From Hemiscyllium ocellatum (lineage: Eukaryota), in the NCBI RefSeq assembly GCF_020745735.1, contig NW_026867526.1:474416-538415 (forward strand): a stretch of 64,000 bases of DNA, read 5' to 3'. A program made the translations under genes and the position numbers. How positions within the stretch are numbered: the stretch's first letter is position 1; each line of letters opens with the position of its first letter. Below the pieces are notes generated by a model that was not told where the DNA came from, ran no database searches, and saw only the letters and a list, made by a program, of their open reading frames with translations. Of the stretch, positions 59,600-64,000 are shown one piece after another.

Positions 59600-62345
59600 T
59601 CTACAGTGCGGAAGTAGGCCATTTGGCACAACAGGCCCACACTATCAGTCTCATTTCCCTTACGTGCAAAAGTAGAGGCACAAATCAAGGGCCTGGAAAG
59701 CTAACGATGATCAAACCACTGCAGTGTGCCCTATGTGCAGCACTGTTCAAACCCATTATGCGTCAATTTGCCTATGTGGAGATTTCAAAGATTCGATGAG
59801 GGAATTTTTGAAGCCAGGTATATAACTGATGCATCACATTAAGGACTTGTCTGGAAAACCACAGATGCCTTGTCCTTTACAAAGCTGGATATGTGTCATA
59901 TGAATGTAGCATTGTGCTTCAATGAGGATTCCCATAAATATGCTACAGTTAATACCCATAAAGGGTATAATCACTGTATTTGACTGCGTTTGTTTTGGGA
60001 TATCATCAGCCAATGAATCGTTTCCAGTGAATGGCCGAGAACTGTTTACAAGGTCTACCCATGATCCCTATTTCTATGAAGATTTGCTAATCACAGGGAA
60101 GATCAATAAAGATCATTTAATGTTTGTCCAAGATCTTAGGAAGGAAGAAAATGTGTTCCAAGCCACCTCAAGTGGCATAATTGAGCTACTGCATGGCCAA
60201 GTGGGTAAGACAGATTGAAAGATAAAGCAAGGACAACCAAGGGTTCATCGGCTCCTACGTCTGCATTGGAGCTTTAGTCTTTCCTTGGGTTGGTGAATTA
60301 TTACGGAGAAAATTGTGTAATCCCCTGGCCTCCATTTTGGCAGCTGAGATTTGCTATTGAGAAGGGCCTGCTTTGCAAATACTCACATCGCCAAGAAGAA
60401 CCCTTAGGGGAATTGAAAAAGCAGCTATCATCATTTAATGCCTTGGCAGAGAATGGTCTCCAGTCAGATGTGGCACTGACGTACAAAGCATCACCATCTG
60501 GTATCCAGTTACTGCTGGCTCACCGACAGAAGGGATTGCCTGGTCGTACTTGCTTCCCAGAGTTTGGCTGATGCTGAATGAAAATGCATCCAGATGGAGA
60601 TGGAAAGTTTGACAGTAACCTTTTGTTTGAGAAATTTCAAACAATACACTTTTGCACATATCTTTGGTGCAGTAATGTGCCACAAAGCCCTGCTAGAGCG
60701 ACCTGAAGAAGGCAGGGTTATCCCATTTGCAGCTTCAGGTTAAGTTCAGAAGTGAGCTCTTATTCTGAGTACATGGATTTACAAGTTGGAATACCATATC
60801 TGCAGTCACCTGGTTAATGCCTGAAGTCACCATGGCGCGTGCCACCAATGGAAGAGTTCATTTTGGTTTTAACCGTTCTGCATCCTTTCTGGTCATCTCT
60901 GACAATATCACACTGTAGATACAAGAATTTCCTGTCCTGGCGAAACAAGAACCACTGGTGGTGTTCGAAACTGATGACGATCATCATAACCAGGATGGAA
61001 TTCTTTCTGGAGCTGGCAAGACCAGATGACTGTTGAAGATGGCACGCTTATGTGGGGAGCAAACGTGTTTGTTACAGACAAAGGTCATTGTCAGATACCA
61101 GCTAAACTCCACCAGACTCCACCTATGATTTCCAAAATGAAGATATTGGTGAGAGGTTATGTCTGATAGCCAGAATTGGATGCCGATGCAGCCATGTTGG
61201 TGGGACAGTATCCACAATGCCAAGAAGGACAGAAATTGTCACCAGCAGTGCACCATTTTCATGGCACTGACCAGGTAGAACCTTAGCTCAGTTACACGTC
61301 GAATGTGCCAGTCCATTTTGTGGGATCTGTACTTTAAGGATGTCGGTCACAGATAAAGGGTATTCATTTGCCAGCAGGTAGTTTAGTGTATTACCTAAAA
61401 TCGAATGGCATTCGCATGTAGTGACAACTGCATGTGTTGTCTGATTGTATGGTGGAAAGTACAGTCCAAACATTGAGGGCAAAGTTAAGTAAACAGCCGA
61501 CAACTTCACTGGATGTCAAACTGTCCCACTTTCTCTCTGATTATAGAAACATCGCTCACACAACTGCAGTGACATCGCCACCAGAATAGCTAATGTGAAG
61601 AAGCCTCCAAGTTAAATTGGATCTTCTCGGATGTTGTGGGGAGAGTGACACGGCATCAGGAAGGCCAATGCCAGTCACAAAACCCCTCTTTGTGGGAGGC
61701 AGTTTATTTCATGGCACAAAATGTGCGGTTGAATCGGTGGGAATGGCCCTGAATGTGTTCAAAGTGAAGTCAGGTCACAAGATGTACAATGCTTATGTCA
61801 CACTAGAAGTCCTGAACAATTTTGAGGATCACATGATTGCTGCAACCTCAAGACGTGGTCAGGAGCACAACATACCCAGCCCCTCACAACATTCAGCAAG
61901 GATGTCCGAACCTGTGGGTTCTCCCCCTCCTCCACTCAGTGTGGAAGAATCCTCTGAGAGTGAGATGGACGTGGCAGATGTTGCAGCATTGACACCATTA
62001 CCACCTGTAGAAGAAGATACATTTCTTCTGAGATGCAAGAGGTGGGCCACAGTCCAGCCCAAGGCGGCGGAATGCAGCCTCGAGTCCGAAGAAGTGGATC
62101 TCGTGGGAAAATGACTCATGATATGTTGCAGGAAAGAGAATGGGCCTTTGTCCCAGGAATTAGATGGGGATGGAAGTAATGACTGGGACTCAGTCAATGA
62201 GTGAACCTCATTGAATATATATTTCCAGGTTGGGGCTGTTCACCTGGTCTAATCAGGGAGACCTGATTGGCAGATGTGTCGGCGATCTGCTCACTTGAGG
62301 AGCTGTCTCTATGAAAGCGAGGTCAGTGTCATGTACTTTGCCCAT
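59600..62345 (+). mobile_element. Gypsy pol pseudogene, uninterrupted, with PPT and LTR remnant (copy B, monomer 5)
   Basis: Equals 30165-31448 joined to 34788-36215. Confidence 0.9.
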
Positions 62346-62354
62346 GGAGAATTT

Positions 62355-63008
62355 TGGATTGCATGCCATAACATGTTACATGCATGGAGTTCAGCAATAT
62401 CTAAGCCTTGGATCAAATAGAGAAAGTGGTCCTCCAGCTCGAGAACAGGGCTGCAGTTGCAAATGGTATTCCCCCTCCAGCCTAGAACTGAGGAGGCACC
62501 GAGCTTCCAGTGCAACTGAATATCCTTGTCTGCCTTCTCTGGAAGGAGGAGAGCATCCCAGGAGAGCTGCCAGATGCCAAAGTCAGGAGTATTTTCAAAT
62601 AATGGAACATGTCAGACTGTGGTACGTTCAGGGCAATGTCCGTGATGTTGACCACTGGACAATTCATCGCCAAGGTACTTTTCAACTGTCTCTTCCTTAT
62701 GGCTGATGAACTCCCTCTGCAGTTTCAGTGTGACTTTCGGACTCAGATGGGCACATTAAGCATGACTGTGTAGGGCCTTCTTCAACCTTACAAAGGCCTT
62801 TGACACCATCAATCAGAAAGCACTTGTACAGCATTCCTCTCCACCTTCGATGCAGCATGAAGTTTGTAACCATATGTCACCTGATCCACAACAACGTGTA
62901 AATCACCGTAATAACAAGCGGCCTCAACACCCGTCCATTCCCCCTTTAACTCGGTGTCGAGCATTGCTGTGTCTTCACCACAAAACTGCTCTGAATCTAC
63001 CTCACAAC
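62355..63008 (+). mobile_element. RTE LINE RT fragment (copy B, monomer 6)
   Basis: Paralog of 36240-36875. Confidence 0.85.
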
Positions 63009-63066
63009 ATCCATGAGAGAGAGCAAGCTAAGATTTTGAATCTTGATGACTTCTCATCAGAGCTGT
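63008..63066 (-). mobile_element. Penelope pLTR module (copy B, monomer 6)
   Basis: cagct-CTGATGA-gaagtcatcaagattc-AAAA-tctt-agct. Confidence 0.7.
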
Positions 63067-63544
63067 TTATTTATTGTTTGTTTTCTATGATATGTTTGAG
63101 TTTGTTTTTATGTTACCCCCTGTAGACCCTGCCCCTGAGTGATTGGTGGGAACAGAGTCCAGCAGAGCCAGGTTTTGATTCTGTCTTTCTACAGAATAAT
63201 AGTGTCTTTTTTGTTCAACTAGTCGCTTTAGGTTCTTTTTGAAAGAGCAGAGCATATGTCACGGTCTTGTGCCTGTTCTGGGAGTGTCTGATGCAGGCAG
63301 TGATGGTTGTTTATCAGATTGGAAGCCTGTGATGAATGCAGGAATCGGTGCTGGGTCGAATGCCGTTGGTCATTTATGTAAAGGATTTGGGTGAGAATAT
63401 GGGATGCATGGTTGGTGAGGATTGGCAGGTGGAGTTTTATTTTGATAAATGAAAATTGTCGCATATTGGTAAGTGTTGCAGTGCAAGACCTACACAGGGC
63501 GGGGCAGGGCCTGTGGATTGTTGTTGAACCAAGAGTCCCGGGGG

Positions 63545-64000
63545 TTGACAGAACTTCTACAGTGTGGAGGCAGGCCATTTGACAGAATAGGTCCACACCA
63601 CCAGTGCCATTCGCCTTGTGTGCAAAAGTAGAGGCATGAGCCTGGAGAGCTGAGGGATCATCAAACCACCGTAGTTTGCCATAGGAGAGTACTGTTGATA
63701 CCCAATATTGGTCGAGTAGCATTTGTGGCAATTTGAAAGAAATATTGAGCCAGTTTTTGAAGCCAGATAAATAACCAGTAAATTGCATTGAGGCGTTTTA
63801 TGCAAAAGTGCACGGGACCTGTTTGTCATGACGCTGGAAATGAGCTGTGTGAATGTGCCATTGTGATTCAGTGAGGATTCCCATAAACATGCACCAATTA
63901 ATACCCATGAGGGATGGAAACAATATACTTGACTGCCTGTCTTTTAGGGTATCATCAGGCGGTGAACAGTTCCAGGGAATGAGGAGAACATTTTACAAGG
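63545..64000 (+). mobile_element. Gypsy RT start (copy B, monomer 6), cut by the window end
   Basis: Paralog of 37335-37780. Confidence 0.8.

Larger units (their letters stand above)
16446..64000 (+). repeat. Composite TE-mosaic macrosatellite (RTE-U1-pLTR-U2-CR1-Gypsy-LTR monomer, ~15 variably deleted copies)
   Basis: Same module order and same chimeric junctions recur head-to-tail; 15 RTE modules and 13 pLTR modules counted. Confidence 0.92.
48262..64000 (+). repeat. Higher-order repeat copy B (runs off the window end)
   Basis: Collinear with copy A, monomer by monomer; paired ORFs in the track are near-identical (e.g. 23404/52964, 28490/57923). Confidence 0.93.

Noticed and set aside
16446-64000. 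Array as spacer of a 5S rRNA, snRNA or histone tandem cluster, or as a Helitron product
   Set aside because: No 5S, U1, U2, U6 or histone sequence recognised in any monomer; no conserved hairpin-CTRR Helitron end or RepHel remnant seen
48262-64000. Copy B as a pure assembly duplication of copy A
   Set aside because: The copies differ by many scattered substitutions and by copy-specific insertions with TSDs and clean empty sites; long-read confirmation is still advisable

Overview
Eukaryotic, almost certainly shark (elasmobranch) genomic DNA. It carries HE1 SINEs, HER1/CR1 LINEs and shark-type Penelope repeats; a carpet/bamboo shark is my guess (inference). I found no convincing host protein-coding gene. 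Bases 1-16,445 are an ordinary transposon graveyard (CR1 and L2-group LINEs, a Tigger 3' end, a hAT/Buster element with TIRs and an 8-bp TSD, an inverted Penelope pair) with one CpG-rich promoter-like island at ~12.9-13.1 kb. From ~16,446 to the end of the window is a head-to-tail array of one chimeric monomer: RTE RT fragment > unassigned module U1 > Penelope pLTR with a decayed hammerhead-ribozyme motif (minus strand) > unassigned module U2 > CR1 RT fragment > Gypsy pol (RT-RNaseH-integrase) > PPT > LTR remnant. About 15 variably deleted monomers share the same junctions. Nine of them form a ~28-31 kb higher-order unit that is itself tandemly duplicated (17.5-37.8 kb matches 48.3-64 kb). Copy-specific insertions (young CR1, HE1, palindromic mini-Penelope elements) date events after that duplication. 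Coordinates of decayed fragments are approximate (tens of bp), and all alignments were done by eye.
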